Positions 29,414 to 44,783 of a DNA stretch of 64,000 nucleotides are shown here, piece by piece. Location of the stretch: NCBI GenBank assembly GCA_037445735.1, contig JBBIJY010000007.1:1-64000 (forward strand), read 5' to 3'. The DNA comes from Armatimonadota bacterium (lineage in GTDB: Bacteria > Armatimonadota > Fimbriimonadia > Fimbriimonadales > GBS-DC). The first letter of the stretch is position 1; each line of letters begins with the position of its first letter. The notes beneath the pieces are model-generated. The model ran no database searches and was not told the origin of the DNA. It saw only the letters and a program-made list of their open reading frames with translations. The position numbers and the translations under genes are program-made.

Positions 29414-29612
29414 CAGAAGCGATCTAGGAAAGCGAGGCTGGGTATAATTCTCCCACCATGAGCCACAGAAAACCTTATCCGAACGACCTGACCGATAAAC
29501 GAGTGGGCCCTCCTCGAACCCCTCCTCAAAAAAGCCCTCTACGGACGCAAACGCAAACACCGCGGCGCCCCCCTCAAGTACCCCCTGCGCGAAATCGTCA
29601 ACGCCATTCTTT
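29414..29612 (+). mobile_element. IS5-family (IS1031/IS427-like) transposase 5' remnant, frameshifted and truncated; left boundary approximate
   Basis: MSHRKPYPNDLTD / EWALLEPLL...KYPLREIVNAIL with a +1 shift near 29500. Confidence 0.8.
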
Positions 29613-29669
29613 GTCGGGGGTCGTCCGTTTCAGTCGGTGTTGGCTGGTTTGTAGCCTGCCTGTGATTGT

Positions 29670-29748
29670 CCCTCATCCCCTTGCCCTCTCTCCCACGCTG
29701 TGGGAGGGGGTTGCCCCTCACCTGTACCCTCTCCCCTCTGGGGAGAGG
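29670..29748. repeat. Two boxC-like CCCTCTCCC...GGGAGAGG palindromes
   Basis: CCCCTCACCTGTACCCTCTCCCC is nearly the reverse complement of the units inside pyk. Confidence 0.8.
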
Positions 29749-29886
29749 TTTTTTTTGGTTTTTTTTTCCTCCGCAGAGGGAAGAGGATTTTTGTTTTTTT
29801 TTCACGGCTGAAGCAGTGAAGGCAGGTCGGCTTGAGTTGTCCAGGGTTCAGGTGCGGGATGCGCCGGCTACAGTCGCCGATGCTAA

Positions 29887-32894
<3,008 letters not shown>

Positions 32895-32918
32895 AACATC
32901 CCACATGAAGAGGGCTTT

Positions 32919-33364
32919 TTATGAGATTGCTGCATCCAGCACGGTAATAATATCGATGCACCGCTGGAAGTCCTGAGTATTATAAAGTGAGCAGATAGCG
33001 CACCTCGTGTGCCAGCATTGTGGCGACCAATCGCGCATCGTGAACTTGCTTGCCTTGAATCCTGCGTGTGGATGCCAGATAAAACCAGATATAAGCAACA
33101 ACACCATCGCCATCCAGTAATTCCACGCTGTCCAGCAGTTCAAGCAGGTAGCCTGCCACATCCTGAACATTCCAGCCGAATCCATTAGCGCTAATGGGGC
33201 GTGTGGCAACATTCCAGAACTCGATAACAACCTGCAGCGCCAAGCAAGGTATCAGTTGGCGCTCCCTCAGGTTTTTGAATCGCAGCGACGGCTGATTGGT
33301 GAAGGGGGTCAGCAGCATTGGCAAGCCGCAACAGCACATTCGTATCAAGCAAGCATCTCTCCAT
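32919..33364 (-). pseudogene. vapC: VapC/PIN toxin with two frameshifts
   Basis: MERCLLDTNVLLR... shift near 33271 ...EFWNVATRP...GKQVHDARLVATM...LLT shift near 32983 ...NTQDFQR. Confidence 0.85.
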
Positions 33365-33651
33365 CAGTCGTACAGGTTCTCACGGCGTAAGGCTTCGTTA
33401 GAGAGCGCAGGTGCAGGCGGGCGCGGTTTGCTTGCCCACTCCAGAATGCTTGCAATCACTTCGTCGGGTGTCTTTTTGACAGTATCCAGCCCTGCTTCGG
33501 GCGAGCAGGCGTACTTCTGGCGCAGAATACCAATCAGCGTGTTCGCCTGTTCAGGCGCGTGCGCCAGCAAGCGCAGCAGCTCAGACAGCTCCTCTTCCGA
33601 AGCATTCCGCGCTATCGCTATCATCTCGCGTGCATCAACGGCGGTTATCAT
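33364..33651 (-). CDS. Putative antitoxin of the VapC pseudogene
   Basis: TGATG coupling to vapC; C-terminus LSNEALRRENLYD typical of such antitoxins; ATG 9 nt after TATAAT. Confidence 0.75.
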   Translation of the reverse strand: MITAVDAREMIAIARNASEEELSELLRLLAHAPEQANTLIGILRQKYACSPEAGLDTVKKTPDEVIASILEWASKPRPPAPALSNEALRRENLYD

Positions 33652-33721
33652 CGCAGAGGTATTATACCATCCCTCTGGCGGAAGACAGCGAACCCCCATC
33701 GAACAGCCATAATTAAAGCCG

Positions 33722-34849
33722 ATGGTCTGTCCCAAGTGCTTTGCGGAGATACCTGATACGAGCGCGTTCTGCATGGAGTGCGGGGCGCGTCTGCGGGAGG
33801 ACACAATTGACCCGCTGTATGCCGAAGGCTCCGATCGGGAGGTGTACCCCGAAATCGCGCGGGCGAACCTGCTGCGCATGAAGGGCGAGTACGAGGCGGC
33901 GATCGAAGTCTGTCTGGGCATTCTGCGCCGCTACCCCAGCAACGAGACGGCGCACGCCCTGCTGGGCGATATCTATGCCGATCAGGGCAAGCTCGCCGAC
34001 GCTATCCAGTGGTACGAACTGCTGGTCGAACTGGCGCCCACCAGCGCGGTCTATCGGGCGAAGCTGGAGAATCTGCGTGCGTTGCAGGCGGCGCAGCAGG
34101 CGCAGCCAGTGATACCATCCCCAGCGATGCCGGCGAACACGGAGCCAGTGCGCCCGTCCACGCTGCGTGTGTGGGTCTACGCGCTGTTCGGTCTGCTCAT
34201 ATTGATTCTGATTGCGGCGGCGTTTGTGGCGGGGCAGCGGATGTCCTCCGCCAGCCTTGAGCCGTCAAGGGCTTCCGCTGCCAGTTCGGGCGGCATCCAG
34301 CCACCGCGCACGGCTCCTGATACAACAAACAACCTGCCAGGCATCCCGCCACCACCAGCCGAGCCATCCGACGCGCAGGGCAGCCATGAGCCGTCCAGTG
34401 CGCTCCTGCCCTTCTGTGGCATGGGCGAGACGGAGGAGCAGCTCGCACGGGCGGTCAGCCAGCAACTGGGCGGTCAGGCGGTCGCCTGCTTCTTTGAACC
34501 GCTGTTGAACCGCTGGACGGTGCGCACGCGCATTCAGGCGGGCGCGCTCACGCGGGCGCGCGTGATGCAACAGGCGTTGCTGGTCGCTGCTGCCACCTTC
34601 GCGCAGGCGCCCAGCCTGCAGAGCGCCACCGTCATCGTGCTGGTGCCGGGCACCGCTGGCTCCGACACCGCGCTCTTCTCCGCCGAGATCAGCCGCGCGA
34701 TGCTGCCGCCCGATGTGCGCACGCTCACCGACGCCCAGATCGAAACCCTCTTCCAGTCGACTCGCGTCTGGTGGAACCCCGCTGTGCCGCTGACCCCTGC
34801 TAATCCAGCAGGTCAGGCGCAGACGCCGTCGAATCCCTTCTCGCGATGA
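33722..34849 (+). CDS. Zinc-ribbon + TPR single-pass membrane protein
   Basis: CPKC...FCMECG, TPR (AHALLGDIYADQG), TM segment, Pro-rich linker. Confidence 0.85.
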   Translation: MVCPKCFAEIPDTSAFCMECGARLREDTIDPLYAEGSDREVYPEIARANLLRMKGEYEAAIEVCLGILRRYPSNETAHALLGDIYADQGKLADAIQWYELLVELAPTSAVYRAKLENLRALQAAQQAQPVIPSPAMPANTEPVRPSTLRVWVYALFGLLILILIAAAFVAGQRMSSASLEPSRASAASSGGIQPPRTAPDTTNNLPGIPPPPAEPSDAQGSHEPSSALLPFCGMGETEEQLARAVSQQLGGQAVACFFEPLLNRWTVRTRIQAGALTRARVMQQALLVAAATFAQAPSLQSATVIVLVPGTAGSDTALFSAEISRAMLPPDVRTLTDAQIETLFQSTRVWWNPAVPLTPANPAGQAQTPSNPFSR

Positions 34850-36273
34850 GCCAGTGGATTGCGCGGGTGCTGTTTGGAGCGGTTGTCGCGTTCGTTATTG
34901 GCAGCGCGATCTGGAACAACATCGTCACCAATCGGCTGATTGAGGAGGCGACGGGACGCGACATCGAGCGTCAGACGCGCGCACTCACGCTGCTATCGGA
35001 GCGGGAGGACTTTTTTGACCTTATTCAGTCGCGGCGCCCGCCCCGACGCCTGCGCGTGGCAATCGGCGTCGAGCGCATGAACAACCCGGTGGGCGTGAAG
35101 GTCGCGCTGGCGATGCTGCGCGACCCGGAGCCGCGCGTGCGCGACCGATTCCTGCAGGCTCTGCTCAAAATCGGCGGCGATAATCTCGACGCACTTGCCG
35201 AGGGGCTGAAGAACCCCGACGCGAATGTCAAAAACGGCACGGTGAAGGTGATGGTTCAGCTGGGCACGCGCTGTCTGCCCGTCGCGCTCAAGGCGTTCGA
35301 GAACAAAGATGCTCGTCAGGCTGCCGCCGAGGTGCTGGTGCAGTTCGATAGCGCGAGCGTGCCCGGCTTGCTCGCGATTCTGAACCGTGCAACCGACGAG
35401 GAATTGAAACTGGACGCGATTAACACGCTGGGACGCATCGGTGATCAGCGGGCGACCGACGCGCTTCTGCCCTACCTGAATCTGCCGCCTGAAAAGCGAC
35501 GAATTGTGCTGGTGGCGCTGGGCAGTATCGCGGACCCCCGCACGGAGCCGATACTGGTGGAGGCGTTGCGCTCGCCTGCGGAGGACCCCGATGCGCAGGC
35601 GCAGGTCGCGCTGGGGCTGGGACGAATCGCCACGCCAGGCGCCATTCGTGCGCTGGTTCAGGCGCTGGGCGACCCCGATCTGGAGGTGGCGGACGCCGCC
35701 GCGCAGGGGCTGCAGCAGGCAGGTGTGAAGGCGCTGGACGCCCTTGCCAGCGCGCTCGCCGATGAGCGGGTCGGTGTGCGCATGCGAGCGGTGGCGGCGT
35801 TGAGCGGCATTCGCGACCGACGCGCGGTGGAACTGCTGCAGCGGGCGTTGCGCGATAGCGACGCGCGGGTTCAACGCGCCGCCGCCGACGCGCTGGGCGA
35901 GAACGGTTTGCCCGAAGCCGTGCCGGTGCTGATCGAAGCGCTCGGCGCGGATGATGGCGGCGTCGCGCTCAGCGCCGTGCGCAGTCTAACCCGCATCGGT
36001 CAGTCGGCTATTCCTGCCCTGTTGAACATCCTGCGTGCCCCGCAGAACACCCAGCGAGCTTACTTCGCCGCGCTGGCGCTGAGCCAGATTCCAGAAGCCG
36101 AGCCTGCACTGCTCCGCGCGGCGCAACAGCCCGAAACGCGCCGATTCGCGCTGATCGCGCTCAAGGAGCGGCGCTCGCAAGCGGCTCGCCCCCTCTTTGA
36201 GGGGGCACAGCACAGCAACGATCCCGCCCTGCGCCAGATCGCGCGCGAGGCGCTGATGCAACTCTCGCCATGA
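34846..36273 (+). CDS. Membrane-anchored HEAT-repeat protein
   Basis: N-terminal TM; repeated ALG.I / L..AL.D.D..V HEAT/PBS units. Confidence 0.88.
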   Translation: MSQWIARVLFGAVVAFVIGSAIWNNIVTNRLIEEATGRDIERQTRALTLLSEREDFFDLIQSRRPPRRLRVAIGVERMNNPVGVKVALAMLRDPEPRVRDRFLQALLKIGGDNLDALAEGLKNPDANVKNGTVKVMVQLGTRCLPVALKAFENKDARQAAAEVLVQFDSASVPGLLAILNRATDEELKLDAINTLGRIGDQRATDALLPYLNLPPEKRRIVLVALGSIADPRTEPILVEALRSPAEDPDAQAQVALGLGRIATPGAIRALVQALGDPDLEVADAAAQGLQQAGVKALDALASALADERVGVRMRAVAALSGIRDRRAVELLQRALRDSDARVQRAAADALGENGLPEAVPVLIEALGADDGGVALSAVRSLTRIGQSAIPALLNILRAPQNTQRAYFAALALSQIPEAEPALLRAAQQPETRRFALIALKERRSQAARPLFEGAQHSNDPALRQIAREALMQLSP

Positions 36274-36617
36274 AACCCGCTCGCGACTGGCTGGGGCGAC
36301 TGCTTTCCATCGCCGTGTTTTTGACGGGCATCGTGTTGATGCTGATCGCCTTCTGGCTCGCCTATCGCATGTTCCAGACGCCGCCCCAGCGACTGTTCCA
36401 GAGCGCAGGCGGCAGCAATCCGAACCTGAACGCAATAGCGACGGGCATCTGGGCAGCCCTGCGCGGCATCCTGCTGCTGGTGCTGATGGCAATCGTGGGC
36501 GGCATGGTCGCCAATCGGGGGATCAACCTCTACCTCGCCGTCCGCCGCGCCGAGTATGAAGAAATGAATGCCCGCACCCCCCTCGCCCCTGCTTCCGGCA
36601 GCGAAGAGAAGAAATAA
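36270..36617 (+). CDS. Small two-TM membrane protein
   Basis: ATGA overlap with the HEAT gene; two hydrophobic helices. Confidence 0.8.
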   Translation: MKPARDWLGRLLSIAVFLTGIVLMLIAFWLAYRMFQTPPQRLFQSAGGSNPNLNAIATGIWAALRGILLLVLMAIVGGMVANRGINLYLAVRRAEYEEMNARTPLAPASGSEEKK

Positions 36618-36624
36618 GCACCGA

Positions 36625-36867
36625 TCACGGTGCAGGTATCTGCACAGCATCCAGCAGGTGAATCGCCTTGTGAAGTTGCAGCAGGAGGGTGAACCGTATG
36701 CCTTCTGGTGTCAGATAGACCTGATTGCCCACCCGTGCAAGCAAACCGAGTTGCGCAGCATACTCAACATACATGCGCGTTGCATCGCAGCGCGTCTTGG
36801 TTTGCCTCCAGCGAAGCCGATTGCCCACTGACAGTGTGAAATACTCACGCAGGGTCTCCAGCGGCAC
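36625..36867 (-). pseudogene. Probable C-terminal gene fragment (winged-helix-like)
   Basis: YAAQLGLLARVGNQVYLTPEG wing motif; in-frame stop just upstream and no clear RBS. Confidence 0.4.
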
Positions 36868-36952
36868 AGGGTAGCTGTTACGAGCGAGAGTCAGCCTCTT
36901 TTACCGTATGTCCGCGCTGGAGTGTACCCGAAAAAGGTATACTCCATTCATC

Positions 36953-38317
36953 ATGGCGAAGCGGGGCACGGTGCGGCTGATCACGCTCGGCTGTGCCAAG
37001 AACGAGGTCGATTCGGAAGAGATTGCGGGCGTGCTGCAGCAGGCGGGCTATCAGCTTGATGCCCGCACGCGCACGCCCGATATGATTATCATCAACACCT
37101 GTGGCTTCATCGAACCTGCCAGGCAGGAGAGCCTGCAGGCGATTCGGGAAGCCCTGCGCGAGAAGCGGGCGGGCAACACGCAGAAGGTGATTGTCGCTGG
37201 CTGCCTGGTTCAGCGGATGGGCGACGCGCTGCGCCAGATGCTGCCTGAAGTGGACGCCTTTGTGGGCGTGGGGCAGATGGCACGCTTCGCCGAGATTGTC
37301 AGCACCGTGTCGCAACGGCGCGAGGCGACCCCGCTGATGGACATCCAGCCGCCGCACCACCGCTGGGCAGAGGTCACCACCCGCCTGCGCAGCCGAACCC
37401 CATGGTCCGCCTACCTCAAAATCTCCGAAGGCTGCGACCACCGCTGCACCTTCTGCACCATTCCGTCGTTTCGCGGGCGGCATGTGAGCAAGCCCATCGA
37501 GCGCGTGCTGGAAGAGGCGCGCTGGCTCGCCCAGAACGGCGCCAGAGAGATCAATCTCATCGCGCAGGACACCACGCAGTATGGCTATGACCTCTATCGC
37601 CGCTTCATGCTGCCCACCCTGTTGCACGAGCTGGCGCAGGTGGAGGGCATCCGCTGGATTCGGATTCACTACGCCTATCCATCGCGTGTGTCGGACGCGC
37701 TGATTGAAACGATGGCGAGCCTGCCGCAGGTTGTGCCCTATCTGGATGTGCCGCTTCAGCATGTGAACCGCGCGATTCTGCGGGCGATGCGCCGCCCGGG
37801 CGATGGCGCAACTTATTTGCGCATGGTGGAGCGTCTGCGCACGGCGATGCCCGATATCGCCATCCGCACCACCTTCATCGTCGGCTTTCCGGGCGAGACC
37901 GAAGCGCAGTTTCAGGAACTGCTCGATTTTCTGTATGAGGCGCGGTTGGACCGCGTGGGCGCGTTCATCTATTCGCGGGAGAAGGGCACTCCCGCTGCTG
38001 AGATGCCTGACCAGGTGCCGTTTCGGGTCAAGCGTGAGCGGTTTGACCGCCTGATGCGCGCCCAGCAGCCCATCTCGCTGGCGCGTAATCGCGAATGGGT
38101 CGGCAGGGAGATGCTCGTGCTGATAGAGGGCTACTCTGCAGAGGGCGCGTATGCCGTCGGGCGCAGCCACCGCGACGCGCCCGAAGTGGATGGGCTGGTC
38201 TATGTGCGCGACTGCACCGCCGCGCCCGGCGACTTTATCAGCGTGCGCATCGAGCGCGCCGATGTGTATGACCTGTTCGGCGTCCCTTCGGGTATACTCT
38301 CCCCATCGGAGGCTTAA
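36953..38317 (+). CDS. rimO: Ribosomal protein S12 methylthiotransferase
   Basis: LGCAKNEVDSE, NTCGFI, CDHRCTFC, RTTFIVGFPGET, DAPEVDG; start ATG 36953. Confidence 0.97.
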   Translation: MAKRGTVRLITLGCAKNEVDSEEIAGVLQQAGYQLDARTRTPDMIIINTCGFIEPARQESLQAIREALREKRAGNTQKVIVAGCLVQRMGDALRQMLPEVDAFVGVGQMARFAEIVSTVSQRREATPLMDIQPPHHRWAEVTTRLRSRTPWSAYLKISEGCDHRCTFCTIPSFRGRHVSKPIERVLEEARWLAQNGAREINLIAQDTTQYGYDLYRRFMLPTLLHELAQVEGIRWIRIHYAYPSRVSDALIETMASLPQVVPYLDVPLQHVNRAILRAMRRPGDGATYLRMVERLRTAMPDIAIRTTFIVGFPGETEAQFQELLDFLYEARLDRVGAFIYSREKGTPAAEMPDQVPFRVKRERFDRLMRAQQPISLARNREWVGREMLVLIEGYSAEGAYAVGRSHRDAPEVDGLVYVRDCTAAPGDFISVRIERADVYDLFGVPSGILSPSEA

Positions 38318-38318
38318 A

Positions 38319-38765
38319 ATGGCAAACGAAGCGAACTTTCTGGACGATCCGCGCCCGGAAGGGCGCCAGCCGATCCCGCCCGGTCATATCCCCCTGCTGG
38401 AAGCCATCTTCTCGCAGACGCCCGAAGTGGAGATGGTGCTGGCGTTCACCGTGCGCGCGGAAGGCGTGATGCAGAGCGACGCTACCTTCGGCATCTGGCT
38501 ACGCGAAGATTTGACCCACGAGGATAAGATCGAGACCATGCGTCAGCTGGCGCAGGCGTTCCATGTGATTGTGGAGCCGAACTACTATCTCGATCTGATG
38601 CTGGTCAGCCCGCGCGACCGTGCGCTGTGGCAGATGGCGGTGGAGAACGGCGACATCATCTATGTGCGGGAGGAGGAAGAAGTGGCGCAGCAACTGCAGC
38701 AGATTTTCCAGCAGCCGCCGATAAGCGACGACGAACGCGATATCGAGGTGATGCGGGTGCTTTAG
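38319..38765 (+). CDS. Hypothetical protein with degenerate minimal-nucleotidyltransferase-like pattern
   Basis: GGAGG RBS; PEVEMVLAFTVRAEG..SDATFGI...LDLMLV...GDIIY follows MNT topology without GS/DxD. Confidence 0.65.
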   Translation: MANEANFLDDPRPEGRQPIPPGHIPLLEAIFSQTPEVEMVLAFTVRAEGVMQSDATFGIWLREDLTHEDKIETMRQLAQAFHVIVEPNYYLDLMLVSPRDRALWQMAVENGDIIYVREEEEVAQQLQQIFQQPPISDDERDIEVMRVL

Positions 38766-38774
38766 CGCCTGCGC

Positions 38775-41198
38775 CTACAGCAGGCTCACAGGGTCGATAT
38801 CGACGGTCAGGCTCGCGCGCTCGCGCGGTTCGAGCGGGTTCAGCGCCTCCCGCAAGCTCGCTGCCGGCTGGCTCTGAGGTGTCAGCTTCAGCAGCAGGTG
38901 ATAGCGGTAGCGCCCCTGCAGGCGTTCGAGCGGCGCGGGCGCGGGTCCCAGCATCTGGATGAGGCTCTCGCCCATCACCTGCGGCAGGCTTGCCCTTAAA
39001 CGCTGAAGCAGCTGGAACGCCCGCTCCGGGTTCGCATCCTGCGCCAGAAGGTTCACCAGTCGGCAAAAAGGGGGATAGAGCGGCTCACGGCGCAGCGGCA
39101 GCTCCTGCTGATAGAACGCCTCATAATCGTGCGTGCGGGCGCAACGAACAGCGTGATGGTCCGGATTAAAGGTCTGAATCAGCGTGCGTCCCTGCTGTTC
39201 GCGTCGCCCTGCCCGCCCCGCGACCTGGGTGAGCAGCTGGAAGGTGCGCTCGGCGGCGCGGAAGTCAGGCAGATGGAGCGCGGTATCCGCGTTCAGCACG
39301 CCCACCAGCATCACACGCGGGAAGTCCAGCCCGCGCGCCACCATCTGCGTGCCGATCAGCGCATCGAGCTCGCCTGCCCGAAACGCCTGCAACAGTTGCA
39401 AATAGAGGTCGCGACGGCTCAACACATCGCGATCCAGCCGCGCCACGCGCAAATGGGGCAGCAGCTCTTTGAGTGTCATCTCCACGCGCTGGGTGCCGAT
39501 GCCATAGGGCACAAGGCGCGTGCCGCCACAGTTGGGGCACAGGCGCGGCGCGGCCACCCGCGCGTTGCAGTGATGACAGCGCAGCCCACGCTCGACCGCC
39601 ACATGATAGGTCAGCGACACGGCGCACCGCTCACACTTCGGCACGAAGCCACACTCCCGACAGAGCAGCATCGGGGCGAACCCGCGCCGATTGAGGAACA
39701 GGATTACCTGCTGCCCGCGCGCGACCGTCTCCCGAATCGCTTCAAGCAAGGCGGGGCTGATGGTCGTGCGGGGCTGCCCGCGCAGATCAATCAGCGACAC
39801 TTCGGGCAGCGGCGTGCCACCAATGCGTTCAGGCAGATGCAGCAGCTGGAGCGCACCCTGCTGGGCGCGATAGAAGGTCTCGCAGGCGGGCGTCGCACTG
39901 CCCAGAAGCAGCACCGCCTGCTCCGTTTGCGCCCGCGCTTCCGCCAGCAGACGCGCGTGATAGAGCGGCGACTGCTGCTGTTTATAGGCGGGTTCATGCT
40001 CCTCGTCCAGAATGATGAGTCCGACGCGGCGCAGGGGCGCGAACAGGGCGGAGCGTGCGCCCACCACAATCGGCGCCTGACCGTTCCGCACGCGCAACCA
40101 CTGTGCATATCGCTCCGACGGGTTCAGCTGGCTATGCAGCACGGCGACCGCGTTCCCGAACCGCTCGCGGAAGGCGGCAGTCAACTGCGCCGTGAGCGCG
40201 ATTTCGGGCACTAAAAACAGCACCGTGCGCCCCGCGCGCAGGGTCATCGCCGCCGCCTGCAGGTAAACCTCCGTCTTGCCGCTGCCCGTTACCCCGTAGA
40301 GCAGAAACGCCCGATAGCTGCCCGATTCGATGGCGTGCCGCAGAGTCTGCAGAACCGCCTGCTGATGGGGCGTCGGTGTGGGGATGGCGGGTTCCGCGCA
40401 TGGGCGGAGGTCTGGCTCCGTGCGATGCGCGATTCGGCGCACCAGCCCGCGCGATTCGAGCATGCGCAGGCTGTTCGCGCTGGCGCCCGTCTGCTCCAGC
40501 AGCTCGCGCACGGGCATCCGCCCTTCAGGGTGCAGCAGCAGGCGTGTCAGCAGGGCACTTTGCACCCTTGCGCGGTTCGCCTCCTGCCGAAAAAATTGCT
40601 CTAACTGCTCTGGGGTCGCATTAAGCGTGATCCAGGCTTCGTCGCGGGAAGGCGCCGGTGGGGGTTGCAGCTCATAGAGCATACGTACGATCCCCTTCTG
40701 GCGCAGGGCAGGTAATCCGCTGTTGAGAATGGGCGCGGCGAGCCGCCGCCTGAGCGCGTGCAGGCTCAATCGTCCGCCCGCCGCCCGCAGCGCATCGACC
40801 ACCATGCGCTGATTGACCGAGCGCAGGGGTGGCACGGGTTCGACCAATTCAACGATGGCGTGTAGATGGGCGCGGGCGAGCGCGGGCAGCACCGTCTGAA
40901 CCGCTTCGGCAGGCGAGCAGAGCGCGTTCTCCTGCAGCTGGCGGGCGAGCTGCATCAGCCCGCTATCCAGCAGGGGCTGATCCAGCACGCACTCGATGGG
41001 TTTAAGCTGTTCGGCGGGCAGGCTCGGCTCGCCGTCGTACAGACGCCAGATGACGCCCAGCGCCATGCGCCCGCCGAGCGGCACCATCACGCCCGCGCCC
41101 GCATGCAAGCCGTGCGTGAGCGATTCGGGCACCGTGTAGGTGAAAGCGGTGTAGCCCGCGCTGCCGCCCGCAAACACAATCACATCCGCCAGCCTCAT
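38775..41198 (-). CDS. priA: Primosomal protein N'
   Basis: GVTGSGKTEVY, DEEHE, SATP, four CxxC, QVAGRAGR; start ATG 41198. Confidence 0.98.
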   Translation of the reverse strand: MRLADVIVFAGGSAGYTAFTYTVPESLTHGLHAGAGVMVPLGGRMALGVIWRLYDGEPSLPAEQLKPIECVLDQPLLDSGLMQLARQLQENALCSPAEAVQTVLPALARAHLHAIVELVEPVPPLRSVNQRMVVDALRAAGGRLSLHALRRRLAAPILNSGLPALRQKGIVRMLYELQPPPAPSRDEAWITLNATPEQLEQFFRQEANRARVQSALLTRLLLHPEGRMPVRELLEQTGASANSLRMLESRGLVRRIAHRTEPDLRPCAEPAIPTPTPHQQAVLQTLRHAIESGSYRAFLLYGVTGSGKTEVYLQAAAMTLRAGRTVLFLVPEIALTAQLTAAFRERFGNAVAVLHSQLNPSERYAQWLRVRNGQAPIVVGARSALFAPLRRVGLIILDEEHEPAYKQQQSPLYHARLLAEARAQTEQAVLLLGSATPACETFYRAQQGALQLLHLPERIGGTPLPEVSLIDLRGQPRTTISPALLEAIRETVARGQQVILFLNRRGFAPMLLCRECGFVPKCERCAVSLTYHVAVERGLRCHHCNARVAAPRLCPNCGGTRLVPYGIGTQRVEMTLKELLPHLRVARLDRDVLSRRDLYLQLLQAFRAGELDALIGTQMVARGLDFPRVMLVGVLNADTALHLPDFRAAERTFQLLTQVAGRAGRREQQGRTLIQTFNPDHHAVRCARTHDYEAFYQQELPLRREPLYPPFCRLVNLLAQDANPERAFQLLQRLRASLPQVMGESLIQMLGPAPAPLERLQGRYRYHLLLKLTPQSQPAASLREALNPLEPRERASLTVDIDPVSLL

Positions 41199-41281
41199 CG
41201 CGCGCCCACCCCTACACTTTACCCGCTGGCACGGGAGAGGGGCAGGATGCTCCCTCACCTCAGAGGGAAATCAGTTTTTGT

Positions 41282-43741
<2,460 letters not shown>

Positions 43742-43862
43742 AGTGTGCCACCTCTTAATACGCTCGGTTCGGGCGTCGCGGTTTCCCGCGCGGCTCCCTG
43801 CCACCCCCGCTCAGTCCCTGCACGCCGTCAGATTCAACGCAGGTCGCCCACCCTCCTGCCCT

Positions 43863-44277
43863 CTACTCCCTCACAACGCGATTCGCACGGAACCGCTCAC
43901 TGAGCCAACGCAGCGCGTCTTTGAGTTCATCGGGCAGCGCATCGAGGCGATAGGGCTTGACCTCCATCAGCGGCTCGTAATCGCCCAGCGGACGCAAGGT
44001 GGAGTTAAAGGGGAGCTGCACGGTATGTCTCCCTTCAATCTCCACCTTGAGGGTGGCGGGCTTGAAGCGAACGGGCAACAGCGAAAACTCCCGCTGGATC
44101 CCCTGCTTCTCAAGCGAGGCGATCTGGTACGCCAGATGGGCGAGGCTGACGAAGCCACCCCAGACCCCTGCCTGCCGATAGAGAAACACCCCATAGCGGA
44201 TTATCTCTTAGCGCGCAGGCAACTGTCCAGCACAGGCAAGCGCCAGCAGCGATTCCTATGCGTCGGGCACATCGCAT
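43863..44277 (-). pseudogene. Frameshifted putative secreted protein
   Basis: GAGGTG RBS, signal MRCARRIGIAAGACLCWTVACA; one extra base at about 44210 separates it from (Q)EIIRYGVFLYRQAG... (ORF 43863..44189). Confidence 0.6.
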
Positions 44278-44333
44278 TGCAATCACCTCGTAGCGGATTC
44301 TTTCGCGGTAGTGAAGGGGTGTCCTGCCATTTT

Positions 44334-44783
44334 TCAGCGTCCGGTGTGCCCGAATCCGCCCTCGCCGCGCTCGGTGGGGGGTAGCTGCTCGGTTTCGTCC
44401 CACTCGATTCGGGCGACGGGCGCGACCACCAGCTGGGCGATGCGGTCGCCCCGGCGGATGGTGAACGGCTCGCTGCCCCAGTTGATGAGGATCACGCCGA
44501 TCTCGCCCCGATAGTCGCTGTCGATGGTGCCAGGGCTGTTGACCATGCCGATGCCGTGCTGGAGCGCCAGCCCGCTGCGGGGTCGCACCTGCGCCTCGTA
44601 GCCCGGCGGGAGCGCGATATGTATCCCCGTGGGGATCAGCCGCCGCTCGCCTGGCATCAGCACCACAGGCTCATCGACAGCGGCATATAGATCGACCCCT
44701 GCCGAGCCGGAGGTGCGATAACCCGGCAGGGGCAGGTCGCGCGCCGCTGGCGAACGCCAGATGGCGACACGAACACGGCTCAT
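44334..44783 (-). CDS. dut: dUTP diphosphatase
   Basis: [38 protein letters not shown]. Confidence 0.98.
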   Translation of the reverse strand: MSRVRVAIWRSPAARDLPLPGYRTSGSAGVDLYAAVDEPVVLMPGERRLIPTGIHIALPPGYEAQVRPRSGLALQHGIGMVNSPGTIDSDYRGEIGVILINWGSEPFTIRRGDRIAQLVVAPVARIEWDETEQLPPTERGEGGFGHTGR

